Of a DNA stretch of 32,000 nt, positions 1 through 7,623 are shown in pieces (within the stretch, counting starts at the first letter, position 1; every line of letters begins with the position of its first letter). Origin of the DNA: Faecalibaculum rodentium (GTDB lineage: Bacteria > Bacillota_I > Bacilli_A > Erysipelotrichales > Erysipelotrichaceae). Position numbers and translations under genes: made by a program. Below the pieces are notes generated by a model. That model ran no database searches. It saw nothing but the letters and a program-made list of their open reading frames with translations, and was not told where the DNA came from. The stretch covers positions 1,650,001 through 1,682,000 of the forward strand of contig NZ_CP011391.1 of assembly GCF_001564455.1 (NCBI RefSeq), read 5' to 3'.

Positions 1-1401
1 CATTTCATCCACCAGCTCCACGAAGGGGGCGAACTTTTTCGCCGCCGCACCGGAGACTGTCTGGGGATCGCGCAGGACCTCCAGCAGGTTCAGGCCGCGG
101 TCCGCTGCCTCCTTCTGGAGTTTTTCTACGGTCCGGGCGCCGATCCCGCGTCGGGGCACATTGATGACGCGCATCACCGCCAGGTCCAGGGACTTCTGTG
201 CCGGATCTTCCGGATCGGGCTCCGTGATCAGCTTCAGGTAGGACAGCATGTCCTTGATCTCCTGCCGCTCATAGAACCGGATCCCGCCATAGATGCGGTA
301 CGGGATCCGCAGCTTTCCCAGCACCCGTTCAATCCCCCGGGAGAGGTAGTTGCTGCGGTAGAGCACCGCGATGTCCCGGTACTCCAGGCCCTCTTTCCGG
401 GCCCTGGTGATGTCCCGGGCCACCTGCAGCGGTTCCTGGGATTCATCCTGTGCCTGGAATGTCTCGATTTTCCGGTCTGATTCAATGCTGGAAAAGAGGT
501 CTTTCTCAATGCGGCCGTGATTGTGCGCGATCAGCGCGTTGGCAGCATCCAGGATGGTCTGTGACGAGCGGTAGTTCTCGTTGAGGATCACCGTGCGGGT
601 ATTGGGGAAATCCCGGGCGAAGTTCAGGATGATGTCCACCGCCGCTCCCCGCCAGGTGTAAATGGTCTGGTCCGGGTCGCCCACCACGCACAGGAACGCA
701 TCCGGGCGCTTGAGAAGCCGGATGATGTCATACTGAACCGGGTCCACGTCCTGGAATTCATCCACATGAATGTAGTCCAGGCGGTTCTGCCACTTGTCCC
801 GCACTTCCTGATTTGTGCCAAGCAGGTGCCGGGTCTTGAGCAGCAGGTCATCGAAATCCATGGCTTTCATGTCCTCAAGCTGCCGTTCATAGAGTTCATA
901 GGCTTTGGCTTCCGGGCCGTCGGTCTGGTCCTGCGCTTCTTCCGGGGAGTACCCGGCGGTTTTCCAGCCGGAAATCTTTCCCAGGACTGCGGATGGCGGA
1001 AACGTGGTGCGGTCCATGTCCAGTTCCTTATATATAGTGCGCAGCATGGACTTCTGGTCGTCGCCATCCAGGATCGTGAAGTTCTTCGGATAGCCGATGG
1101 CGGACGCATCCTCCCGGAGAATCCGGACACAGAGGGAGTGGATCGTGGAGATCCGGACATCCCTGGCTGCGTCCTGCAGCAGAGTCTGCAGGCGTTCCTT
1201 CATTTCCCGGGCGGCTTTGTTGGTAAAGGTTATCGCAAGGATCCGCCAGGGGAGGATCCCGTTGTCGACGAGACTGGCAATGCGTGCCATGAGCATCCGG
1301 GTCTTGCCGGACCCCGCCCCGGCAATGATCCGGACATCCTTGTCCAGTGTCAGGGCTGCTTCTTTCTGCGGGGCATTGAGGGAATCGATTACAGAGCTCA
1401 T
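1..1401 (-). CDS. pcrA: ATP-dependent DNA helicase, PcrA/UvrD family, N-terminal 467 codons (3' end runs off the left edge of the window)
   Basis: Absent from the ORF track because it is open to base 1. Reverse-strand translation from ATG at 1401 (AGAGGTGA SD about 7 nt upstream) gives MSSVIDSLNAPQKEAALTLDKDVRIIAGAGSGKTRMLMARIASLV... It carries helicase motif I AGAGSGKT (about 1290-1330), TFTNKAAREM and motif II HVDEFQDVD (about 735-765). The frame checks as in phase: 1401 nt is 467 codons. Confidence 0.9.
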   Translation of the reverse strand, partial: MSSVIDSLNAPQKEAALTLDKDVRIIAGAGSGKTRMLMARIASLVDNGILPWRILAITFTNKAAREMKERLQTLLQDAARDVRISTIHSLCVRILREDASAIGYPKNFTILDGDDQKSMLRTIYKELDMDRTTFPPSAVLGKISGWKTAGYSPEEAQDQTDGPEAKAYELYERQLEDMKAMDFDDLLLKTRHLLGTNQEVRDKWQNRLDYIHVDEFQDVDPVQYDIIRLLKRPDAFLCVVGDPDQTIYTWRGAAVDIILNFARDFPNTRTVILNENYRSSQTILDAANALIAHNHGRIEKDLFSSIESDRKIETFQAQDESQEPLQVARDITRARKEGLEYRDIAVLYRSNYLSRGIERVLGKLRIPYRIYGGIRFYERQEIKDMLSYLKLITEPDPEDPAQKSLDLAVMRVINVPRRGIGARTVEKLQKEAADRGLNLLEVLRDPQTVSGAAAKKFAPFVELVDEM

Positions 1402-1420
1402 TTTCTTATCACCTCTGTCC

Positions 1421-1450
1421 AGTATACTATTCTGCGGCAAACTCAGGCAA
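1421..1450 (-). promoter_or_regulatory. candidate sigma-A-type promoter for pcrA (TTGCCT - 18 nt - TATACT)
   Basis: On the minus strand, TATACT lies at 1426-1421 and TTGCCT at 1450-1445 with an 18-nt spacer, about 20 nt upstream of the pcrA SD. A 10-bp palindrome GGCAATTGCC (1446-1455) overlaps the -35. Confidence 0.35.
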
Positions 1451-1489
1451 TTGCCCGTATGCGACAGACAGCCATCCGGACAGCGAATA

Positions 1490-1924
1490 TCAGTGCCCGC
1501 GTGTCTGTGTCCGGCGCTCTTCGAACCGGTCCATGATGTCCTGCAGACTCACCTGTGCCATGCGGGACTCAAAGGCGTTCTGCAGGGCATCATACTGCTC
1601 CTGCAGGGCATACTGGATGTGGACACCTTCCCGGCAGTCGGGATTGGTGTGGGTATCCAGATGGAGCAGCGGCGTTTCGTGTTCCATGATCCGGTAAATG
1701 TCCAGCAGCGAGATCTCGCCGGGTGCCCTCAAAAGGACCGGATCCGCTTTCCCGCGACAGGAAGACAGGAGTCCGCCGTTGCGCAGCTGACTCATCAGCT
1801 TGCGGATATGGGCCGGGCTGCTGGCGGTGCTCTTTGCCAGCGCCTGACTGGACAGGTTGCCCTCATGCAGAGCGATCAGGACAAGAATGTGGACGGCATC
1901 AGCCGTTCGTGTGGAATACTGCAT
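1490..1924 (-). CDS. Rrf2 family transcriptional regulator (144 aa)
   Basis: This is the last 144 codons of track ORF 1490..3082. ATG at 1924 has GGAGG 7 nt upstream. MQYSTRTADAVHILVLIALHEGNLSSQALAKSTASSPAHIRKLMSQLRNGGLLSS is a typical Rrf2 winged-helix N-terminus. Only two Cys are present (SSC, DC), so a three-Cys Fe-S site is not evident. Confidence 0.85.
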   Translation of the reverse strand: MQYSTRTADAVHILVLIALHEGNLSSQALAKSTASSPAHIRKLMSQLRNGGLLSSCRGKADPVLLRAPGEISLLDIYRIMEHETPLLHLDTHTNPDCREGVHIQYALQEQYDALQNAFESRMAQVSLQDIMDRFEERRTQTRGH

Positions 1925-1947
1925 ACACGACCTCCGGTTCAATAAGT

Positions 1948-1966
1948 TGTATTCGTTACGATTACA
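1948..1966. promoter_or_regulatory. imperfect palindrome in the divergent Rrf2 / SIR2 intergenic region, candidate Rrf2 operator
   Basis: TGTATTCGT-T-ACGATTACA has 9-bp arms with one central mismatch. It sits in the middle of the 75-bp gap between ATG 1924 (minus) and ATG 2000 (plus). Rrf2 operators are typically AT-rich inverted repeats of about this size. Confidence 0.3.
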
Positions 1967-1999
1967 TGATAGTCTGTTTCCGAAAAGAAGGTACCATGA

Positions 2000-2887
2000 A
2001 TGAACAAATCTGAATACAGCAATGCAGAGTTTCTGCTGGAAAAAATCCGGGAAGCAGACGCTGTTCTGGTTGGGGCAGCCTCCGGCCTGTCCGCGGCAGA
2101 CGGCAGGCGGTTCTGGTACGAAGACGATGAAGAATTCCGGAAGGTGTTTGGCCCCTTCCGCGACAAATATGGGGTGCGGTCCGCATTCGATGCGTTCTAT
2201 TATCCCTACCGGACAGAAAATGAGCGGTGGGCACTGAATGCGACGCTGATCCACCACCTCTATGAGACAAAGGCCGGTCAGGTCTACAAAGACCTGAAGG
2301 TCCTGCTGCAGGACAAGCCCTGCCACATCATGACCACCAATCAGGACTTCCTGTTTTTCCAGGACTTTCCCGCAGACAAAATTTCCACCATCCAGGGCGA
2401 CTGGCGCTATTTCCAGCGACAGGATGGCGGACGCATCGACCGGATATGGGACAACCGCAAAATGGTCGATGAAATGTATGCCCATCTGACGGAAGGCGGC
2501 ACCTGGCTTCCGGATGAATACATTCCGAGGGATCCGGAAGACGGCAAGCCTCTCATGCCCTGGGTCCGGCATCCCGGATTCCTGGAAAAGAGCATGTACA
2601 ACAGACAGTATGAAATGATCCGGAATTTCCTGGACCGCTGGAAAGGAAAGAAGATCCTGTTCCTTGAACTGGGTGTAGGCCGCATGACACCCATGTTCAT
2701 CCAGGAGCCGTTCTGGCAGCTGACCTGCCAGCTTCCCTTTGCGTACTATATCTCCATCAACCCGAAAGATGCCCTGCTTCCCGAAGTTCTTGAGAACAAG
2801 GGACGGGCGATTCACGAAGGGATCGCGGAAGTCTTCCGGGATGCAGTCGAATTGAAGGAGAAAGAGCAGAAGGAGGACCGCCAATGA
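2000..2887 (+). CDS. SIR2-superfamily protein, class-M (SirTM)-like sirtuin with Gln in place of the catalytic His (295 aa)
   Basis: ATG at 2000 is preceded by AAGAAGG. Motifs occur in sirtuin order: VGAASGLSAADG (aa 24-35), MTTNQD (aa 111-116), IQGDW where sirtuins have xHGx (Gln132, codon 2393-2395), and FLELGVGRMTPMFIQEPFW (aa 221-239). There are no CxxC pairs for a zinc ribbon. Confidence 0.75.
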   Translation: MNKSEYSNAEFLLEKIREADAVLVGAASGLSAADGRRFWYEDDEEFRKVFGPFRDKYGVRSAFDAFYYPYRTENERWALNATLIHHLYETKAGQVYKDLKVLLQDKPCHIMTTNQDFLFFQDFPADKISTIQGDWRYFQRQDGGRIDRIWDNRKMVDEMYAHLTEGGTWLPDEYIPRDPEDGKPLMPWVRHPGFLEKSMYNRQYEMIRNFLDRWKGKKILFLELGVGRMTPMFIQEPFWQLTCQLPFAYYISINPKDALLPEVLENKGRAIHEGIAEVFRDAVELKEKEQKEDRQ

Positions 2888-3675
2888 CGCAGCACACCGT
2901 ATTGGAACAGGCAGCACAGTGGCTGAAAGATGCCGACGGGATCGTCGTGTGTGCCGCCAACGGCCTCTCCATGGCAGAAGGGTTTGCGATCCTGCGGCCC
3001 AGCCCCTGGTTTGACAGCCGGTTTTCCGATTTTGTCCAGAAGTACGGGATCCGGACTCCGCTGCAGGGTCTGCAGACATCATTTCCCCGGCCCGAAGAGT
3101 TCTCCCGGTTCTACAGCAGACTCATCAGCGGGATTCACTACGACAAGCCGGTTTCACCTGTCATGGATACGCTGCACTCCATCTGCAGCCTGCACCCGAC
3201 CTTTGTGCTGACAACCAATGTCGAAGACCGGTTTGTGCAGGCCGGGTTTCCGGAACAGTCGGTGTTTTACCTGGAGGGCCGCCTGACACACCGGGCAGAT
3301 CACACACCACTGCAAAAGCAGGACCTGGCTGAAATCACGTCAGGTGACCAGCTGGAAACCGCCGGCTATCCTGACAGCAGGCAGTTTCAGGAAAAACTGC
3401 GGGACCTGAACCGGTTTCTGGCCGCCCATCCCCGGTTTGTCATCCTGGAACTGGGCGTTTCCGCCGGCAACGGGTTTCTGCGTCCCCTGATCAGTCAGAT
3501 GCTGCAGGCATTTCCCGCCAGCCGCCTGGCAGAATTCAACCTCCAGCCCAATCCCGTGCCGGTACAGATCCGGCACCGCGTTGTGCAGGTGGACGGTGAC
3601 CTGGAGCAGAATCTCGATGGCCTTGGCCGCATCCTTCTGCCGGAAGCCTCCGGATCACAGGATGGAACGTCATGA
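2884..3675 (+). CDS. divergent, shortened SIR2-like paralogue of the upstream gene (263 aa), with Glu at the catalytic-His position
   Basis: Its start overlaps the upstream stop (ATGA at 2884-2887). It aligns block by block to the first gene: VVCAANGLSMAEG, FVQKYGIRTP (vs FRDKYGVRSA), VLTTNVEDRF, YLEGRL (vs TIQGDW), VILELGVSAGNGFLRPL. The middle region is about 30 aa shorter and has no zinc-ribbon Cys. Confidence 0.7.
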   Translation: MTQHTVLEQAAQWLKDADGIVVCAANGLSMAEGFAILRPSPWFDSRFSDFVQKYGIRTPLQGLQTSFPRPEEFSRFYSRLISGIHYDKPVSPVMDTLHSICSLHPTFVLTTNVEDRFVQAGFPEQSVFYLEGRLTHRADHTPLQKQDLAEITSGDQLETAGYPDSRQFQEKLRDLNRFLAAHPRFVILELGVSAGNGFLRPLISQMLQAFPASRLAEFNLQPNPVPVQIRHRVVQVDGDLEQNLDGLGRILLPEASGSQDGTS

Positions 3676-3705
3676 AAAAAGCCGCAGTTCGCGGCTTTTT
3701 GTTTT
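3675..3705. terminator. bidirectional intrinsic terminator between convergent genes
   Basis: AAAAAAGCCGC-AGTTC-GCGGCTTTTTGTTTT. A GC stem is flanked by an A-run and a T-run, directly after the stop at 3673-3675 and before the minus-strand stop at 3715. Confidence 0.7.
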
Positions 3706-3714
3706 GTCCTGCGT

Positions 3715-4284
3715 TCAGAGTGTCCGTCTGCGGACAGTGAGCTGCATCTGCAGCTGCCAGGGACTCTCCCGTTCCATGAGGCCGGCATCATGCAGCTTGC
3801 GATAGGGACCGCCATAGAAGGAAACACGGGCCGACAGGATCCGCCGTTCCCTCTGCCAGGTATCCACAGAAGGGCAGAGGTCTGCGGGAACGTCTCCCAC
3901 CCGGATCCCATGCACATAGACGTCATAGCCTGCCTCTGCCGGAACCAGGGTTCCGCTGAACGTATCCGGTTCATATTTCCAGCAGGGCGTGAGACTGTCT
4001 GTCTCCGGCTGATCGTACTCATCCGAAAGAGCCAGGAGTTCCGGAAACTGTCGGGAACAGGCTTCCGTGCCCGAAAGCGAAAACCGCTTCACAAAGCGGT
4101 CCGATGGCACGGCCGGCATGGATGCAGGCAGAGTCCCCTGTACACAGGGAATGCCGGAAATCTTCCAGGTGATCATGCCTGCCATGAACAGGCAGAACAG
4201 CAGCTCCACCGACTCCCGGACGGGCAGCAGGGCTGTCAGAGTCAGCAGGCAGAGAGCCTGGATCCAGTGTCTGTATAGTGTCAT
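3715..4284 (-). CDS. hypothetical membrane-anchored protein (189 aa)
   Basis: ATG at 4284 has a strong SD (GGAAAGGAGG, 6-nt spacer). The GTG at 4311 used by the track has none. The N-terminus MTLYRHWIQALCLLTLTALLPV...LLFCLFMAGMITW is predicted as two hydrophobic helices, followed by a roughly 130-aa soluble domain that I cannot assign. Confidence 0.6.
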   Translation of the reverse strand: MTLYRHWIQALCLLTLTALLPVRESVELLFCLFMAGMITWKISGIPCVQGTLPASMPAVPSDRFVKRFSLSGTEACSRQFPELLALSDEYDQPETDSLTPCWKYEPDTFSGTLVPAEAGYDVYVHGIRVGDVPADLCPSVDTWQRERRILSARVSFYGGPYRKLHDAGLMERESPWQLQMQLTVRRRTL

Positions 4285-4514
4285 CTCCAGCCTCCTTTCC
4301 CGGTGAAGCACAGCCCGTAAGCTGATTCAAGTATAGCGCTTTCATGTTAAGAAAAACCGAAGTTTTTCCAAAAGAACCGGCGGCAATTCGACATTCGGAG
4401 CATTTGGCAATCCCTCTGTCATAACTGGTTCAGCCGGGTGAAGGATGCTGTCCGGTCCCGGAGCCATGTCATGCGTTACCGGTCTATGTTACTATGGAAC
4501 AAGGTGATACGCAT

Positions 4515-6704
4515 ATGAAGAAACAGAAAAAAGAACGAGAAGATTCCCGGGACCTGTCCGGGGATCTGGAACATAATACCGGAGCGGCTACACAGGCAGC
4601 CACCGATGAAACGGTAAGCCCGGATTCGGAGCGGACCTACACCCTGCACACAGAACTGGCAGGTGATCCGGCCGGGACAGAACCGGAGGATCCCTTTGCT
4701 GGAACAGAAGGCGCCAGCGAGCATTTCCGCACGAAAGACTCCCGGACAGGCGGACGCAAAACCGCCAGGACCCCGCAGAAGCCAACGGAAGGCCGCAAGT
4801 GGCCGGATTTCCTGCTGTGGGGACTGGCCACGCTGCTCTCTGTCCTCTTTTCCCTGCTTCTCTACCAGATGGGTATGCTCACCATCCAGATTCTGGTGTG
4901 CATCTGTGTCATCCTGCTGCTCACGGACCTGATCCTGCTGATCCTGCTCCTGCGGCGCACGCAGGTGCGCTGGACCACCTGGGTCTGGCGGGTGTTTGCG
5001 GTGATCATGAGCGCCTGTCTGGCCTTCGGCAGCTTCACGATCTACAACACATGGAATGCTCTGAGCACCATCACCGGCAGCAATGCTTCGTCCGCTACCC
5101 TGAAAGTGGACCTGCTGGTGCCGGCAGATTCGGGAGTGTCGAAGGTCACGGATCTCGTCCGGAAAAAAGTGGGGTATTCCACCCGGGCGGATGAAACCGT
5201 GGTGGCCTATGCCCTGAACCAGATCAGCACGCAGATCAACGAAGTGGAGTATGTGGATTACAGCGACTACAGCCAGCTTTATGACGACCTGCGGGATGGT
5301 ACGATCGATGCCATGCTGCTGCCGGCCACGCGGTACAACCTGCTGCAGGAACAGTACAAGGATCTGAAGAAGGACACAAAGGCCATCGCCCAGTATGAAA
5401 CCACCCGGACGCTGACCCCCACCTCCAATTCCGCGCTGGACATTTCCCGGGAACCCTTTGTGGTGTATGTGGCAGGGATCGACGCGGGAGACGACCCCTC
5501 CATTGACGGACGCAGCGACGTGAACATCCTGGTCATGGTGGACCCGGTCAACAACTCCATGACGACGGTCTCCGTGCCCCGGGACAGCTATGTCCCCAAC
5601 CCGGCCTACAACAATGGATCGGATAAACTGACCCATCTGGGCAATGACGGGGCGGACAATTCCATCCTCGGGCTGGAGGAAGCCTTCGGGATTGAAATCG
5701 ACTACTATGCCAAGGTGAATTTCCAGTCCCTGATCCACATCGTGGATGCCCTGGGCGGCGTGGAAGTGGATGTGAAGCTGGACTTCACGGAACAGGACGA
5801 AAACCGGTCCTTCAAGAAGGATGACCTGATCACGCTGAAAAAAGGAAAGCAGGTCCTCAACGGCAAGGAAGCCCTCGCCTATGCCAGGCACCGGAAGACC
5901 GCCGGCTACGGCACGACCGGACGGGAAAATGCCCAGCAGGACATCATCCGGGCGATCATGAAAAAGCTCACCACCGCCGAAGGCATCTCACGGATCAACC
6001 AGCTCATGGAAGCGGCACAAAAATATGTGGCCACTGACATGCCGCTGCCGGCAATCCAGAAATTCATTTCCCAGCAGCTGAAAAACGTGCAGCCCTGGAC
6101 AGTGGATTCCATGACGCTCAAGGGCGGCGCCGATGCCACCCTGACCACGGTATCCATGCCCTCTTTGCCCCTGTCCTGCTACCTGCTGTCACCGGAGGAC
6201 ATCACCAAGGTATACAATGCCTATGCCCGGATGTTCGACGACACGAAGATGAAGGCCTTCAGCTTCGACCTGACAAAGGATCCGCAGCCCAAAATCACCT
6301 ATGCGGTGGAACAGGAAGTCAGCGAATACATGATCACGTCGGCAGATGCGGACCGACTGAGTCCTTACTCCGTCTATTACGGCATTGACCGCGTGGATTC
6401 CAGTTCGGCGGACCGCAGCGAGACCCGGGCACAGGAAAATGCCATCGACATCGTGGTGCCCAGCTACACCCCGCCAGTCTATGTTCCCGAATACGTGGAT
6501 CCGGGTCCCTCCTATACGGAACCCGTCACCCCTGCACCCTCACCTTCACCCGAACCGGAACCGGCACCAGCGCCGGAACCGGAACCGACACCGACTCCCA
6601 CGCCTGACCCCACTCCCACACCGGATCCGACTCCCACGCCCGATTCCGGTACTTCCGGCGGATCGGGAACGGATACCGCTGCAGTCGGCGAAGGAACAGA
6701 CTGA
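4515..6704 (+). CDS. LytR-CpsA-Psr (LCP) family cell-wall polymer phosphotransferase with a long N-terminal region and a Pro/Thr/Glu-rich C-terminal tail
   Basis: AAGGTGA SD lies 7 nt before ATG 4515 (track start 4494 lacks one). LCP core blocks: VVYVAGIDAGDD..GRSDVNILVMVDPVNNSMTTVSVPRDSYV, DKLTHLG, IDYYAKVNFQSLIHIVDALGGVEVDV, LNGKEALAYARHRK, GRENAQQDIIRAIMKKL. A TM segment lies around aa 100-150. Confidence 0.9.
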   Translation: MKKQKKEREDSRDLSGDLEHNTGAATQAATDETVSPDSERTYTLHTELAGDPAGTEPEDPFAGTEGASEHFRTKDSRTGGRKTARTPQKPTEGRKWPDFLLWGLATLLSVLFSLLLYQMGMLTIQILVCICVILLLTDLILLILLLRRTQVRWTTWVWRVFAVIMSACLAFGSFTIYNTWNALSTITGSNASSATLKVDLLVPADSGVSKVTDLVRKKVGYSTRADETVVAYALNQISTQINEVEYVDYSDYSQLYDDLRDGTIDAMLLPATRYNLLQEQYKDLKKDTKAIAQYETTRTLTPTSNSALDISREPFVVYVAGIDAGDDPSIDGRSDVNILVMVDPVNNSMTTVSVPRDSYVPNPAYNNGSDKLTHLGNDGADNSILGLEEAFGIEIDYYAKVNFQSLIHIVDALGGVEVDVKLDFTEQDENRSFKKDDLITLKKGKQVLNGKEALAYARHRKTAGYGTTGRENAQQDIIRAIMKKLTTAEGISRINQLMEAAQKYVATDMPLPAIQKFISQQLKNVQPWTVDSMTLKGGADATLTTVSMPSLPLSCYLLSPEDITKVYNAYARMFDDTKMKAFSFDLTKDPQPKITYAVEQEVSEYMITSADADRLSPYSVYYGIDRVDSSSADRSETRAQENAIDIVVPSYTPPVYVPEYVDPGPSYTEPVTPAPSPSPEPEPAPAPEPEPTPTPTPDPTPTPDPTPTPDSGTSGGSGTDTAAVGEGTD
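6526..6645 (+). repeat. low-complexity coding repeat (PEPEPAPAPEPEPTPTPTPDPTPTPDPTPTPD) in the LCP C-terminus
   Basis: Degenerate CCG/ACN/GAN triplet repeats, in frame with the LCP gene. They encode a proline-rich wall-spanning-type linker. Confidence 0.6.
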
Positions 6705-6721
6705 CAGCCACTGCACACTAC

Positions 6722-6761
6722 AGAAAGCCCTCCGGCCACTGGACCGGAGGGCTTTCTTTCT
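6722..6761. terminator. hairpin terminator after the LCP gene (perfect 14-bp stem)
   Basis: AGAAAGCCCTCCGG (6722-6735) pairs perfectly with CCGGAGGGCTTTCT (6744-6757) across an 8-nt loop, followed by TTCTG. It lies between convergent genes. Confidence 0.7.
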
Positions 6762-6771
6762 GTATGGGATT

Positions 6772-7277
6772 TCAGTCCAGACGGATATCCTGGTCCTGAT
6801 ACGCAGGATTGGAAAGGACGACTGCATCCGGTCCTTCAAACAGGGCCTGTGCCTCCCCGTTTCCCTGCAGCTGCCAGAGCAGCCATGCTGTGACATAGCC
6901 ATCGGCAGCATCCAGCATATCGCCGTGGGCTGTGTCTTTCCGCCGCATCGCCGCAGAGGAACCGGCCAGCCGGTTCTGGATTTCCTTCAGCTGGTCCCCG
7001 GTCACGACCCAGCCATCCCCGCCGCCGGCAGTCTGTCAGGCAGATCCTGGCTTTCATCGGCGACGGCTTTTGGATACTATACTTCATGCTTTGAAAAATT
7101 CTGCATGGCTGTCTGTTCAAATTCCGCCGTTTCAAAGGGCCCGTTTTCCAGGTATCTCTGCCCGGCCTTCACAGTTTTCTGATAATCCGGCGACACGGCC
7201 GGCCTGTTCTTCAGCAGATCCGGAGACAGGCCAGGGGCTGCAGCCAGAACAGACAGGATGGCCAGAATGACTTTCAT
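6772..7277 (-). pseudogene. remnant of a secreted alpha/beta-hydrolase (chlorophyllase / dienelactone-hydrolase-like lipase family): nonsense codon, frame change and loss of the catalytic core
   Basis: The N-terminal piece is MKVILAILSVLAAAPG...FSKHEV then TAG (7079-7077), exactly where homologues read ..EVYYP. Read-through gives YPKAVADESQDLPDRLPAAGMAGS then TGA. The C-terminal piece is in another frame: (D)GWVVTGDQLKEIQ...HGDMLDAADGYVTAWLLWQLQGNGEAQALF. The whole span is only about 168 codons and contains no GxSxG nucleophile elbow. Confidence 0.5.
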
Positions 7278-7623
7278 GGTTTTTTCATTGCGCCTGCACA
7301 AGACTGCAGGCAGACCAGGTTTTCCGGCAGTCTGGATGGCAGTCTCAGTCCTTGCCCATGATAAAAACGGAACAAAATCCGGTCAAGACACACGGCTGCC
7401 CGAGGGAAAAATGATACGGTACTCCGGCTGTGTCCCGGCTCATGTCTGCCAGATCTGGCTGCTGTCATGAGACAACAGACCGGTCTGTTCCGGTTCATGG
7501 AACCGTTTACCGTCACTTTATGATGCATTTGTAAGACACACTCCTGCTTTTGCGGTATTTTTTTGACAATTGTGCCAATGTTTCACGGTATTATGGAACA
7601 GAAAGCGGAAAGGGGGACTGCTT

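Noticed and set aside
1-1401. The UvrD-family helicase as a component of a SIR2-plus-helicase defence system
   Set aside because: The N-terminus and motif set are those of housekeeping PcrA. It has its own promoter, is separated from the SIR2 genes by the Rrf2 gene, and is transcribed away from them.
766-1945. Plus-strand track ORFs 766..1536 (256 aa) and 1097..1945 (282 aa)
   Set aside because: They lie antisense to the clearly recognisable pcrA and Rrf2 genes. They are Arg/Gly/Pro-rich with no SD and no family resemblance, so they are GC-driven open frames.
1925-3082. The N-terminal 386 aa of the 530-aa minus-strand ORF 1490..3082
   Set aside because: Only the last 144 codons (from ATG 1924, with GGAGG SD) form an Rrf2 protein. 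The upstream part is antisense to the two SIR2-like genes and is compositionally nonsensical.
4476-5891. 471-aa minus-strand ORF
   Set aside because: It is antisense to the LCP gene, whose conserved blocks are unambiguous. It is His/Gly/Arg/Val-rich low-complexity translation with no SD.
6526-6645. Short periodic DNA repeats that might be a CRISPR array or tandem-repeat locus
   Set aside because: The periodicity is 3-6 nt, in frame, and encodes PE/PA/PT dipeptide low complexity at the end of the LCP gene. There is no repeat-spacer architecture.
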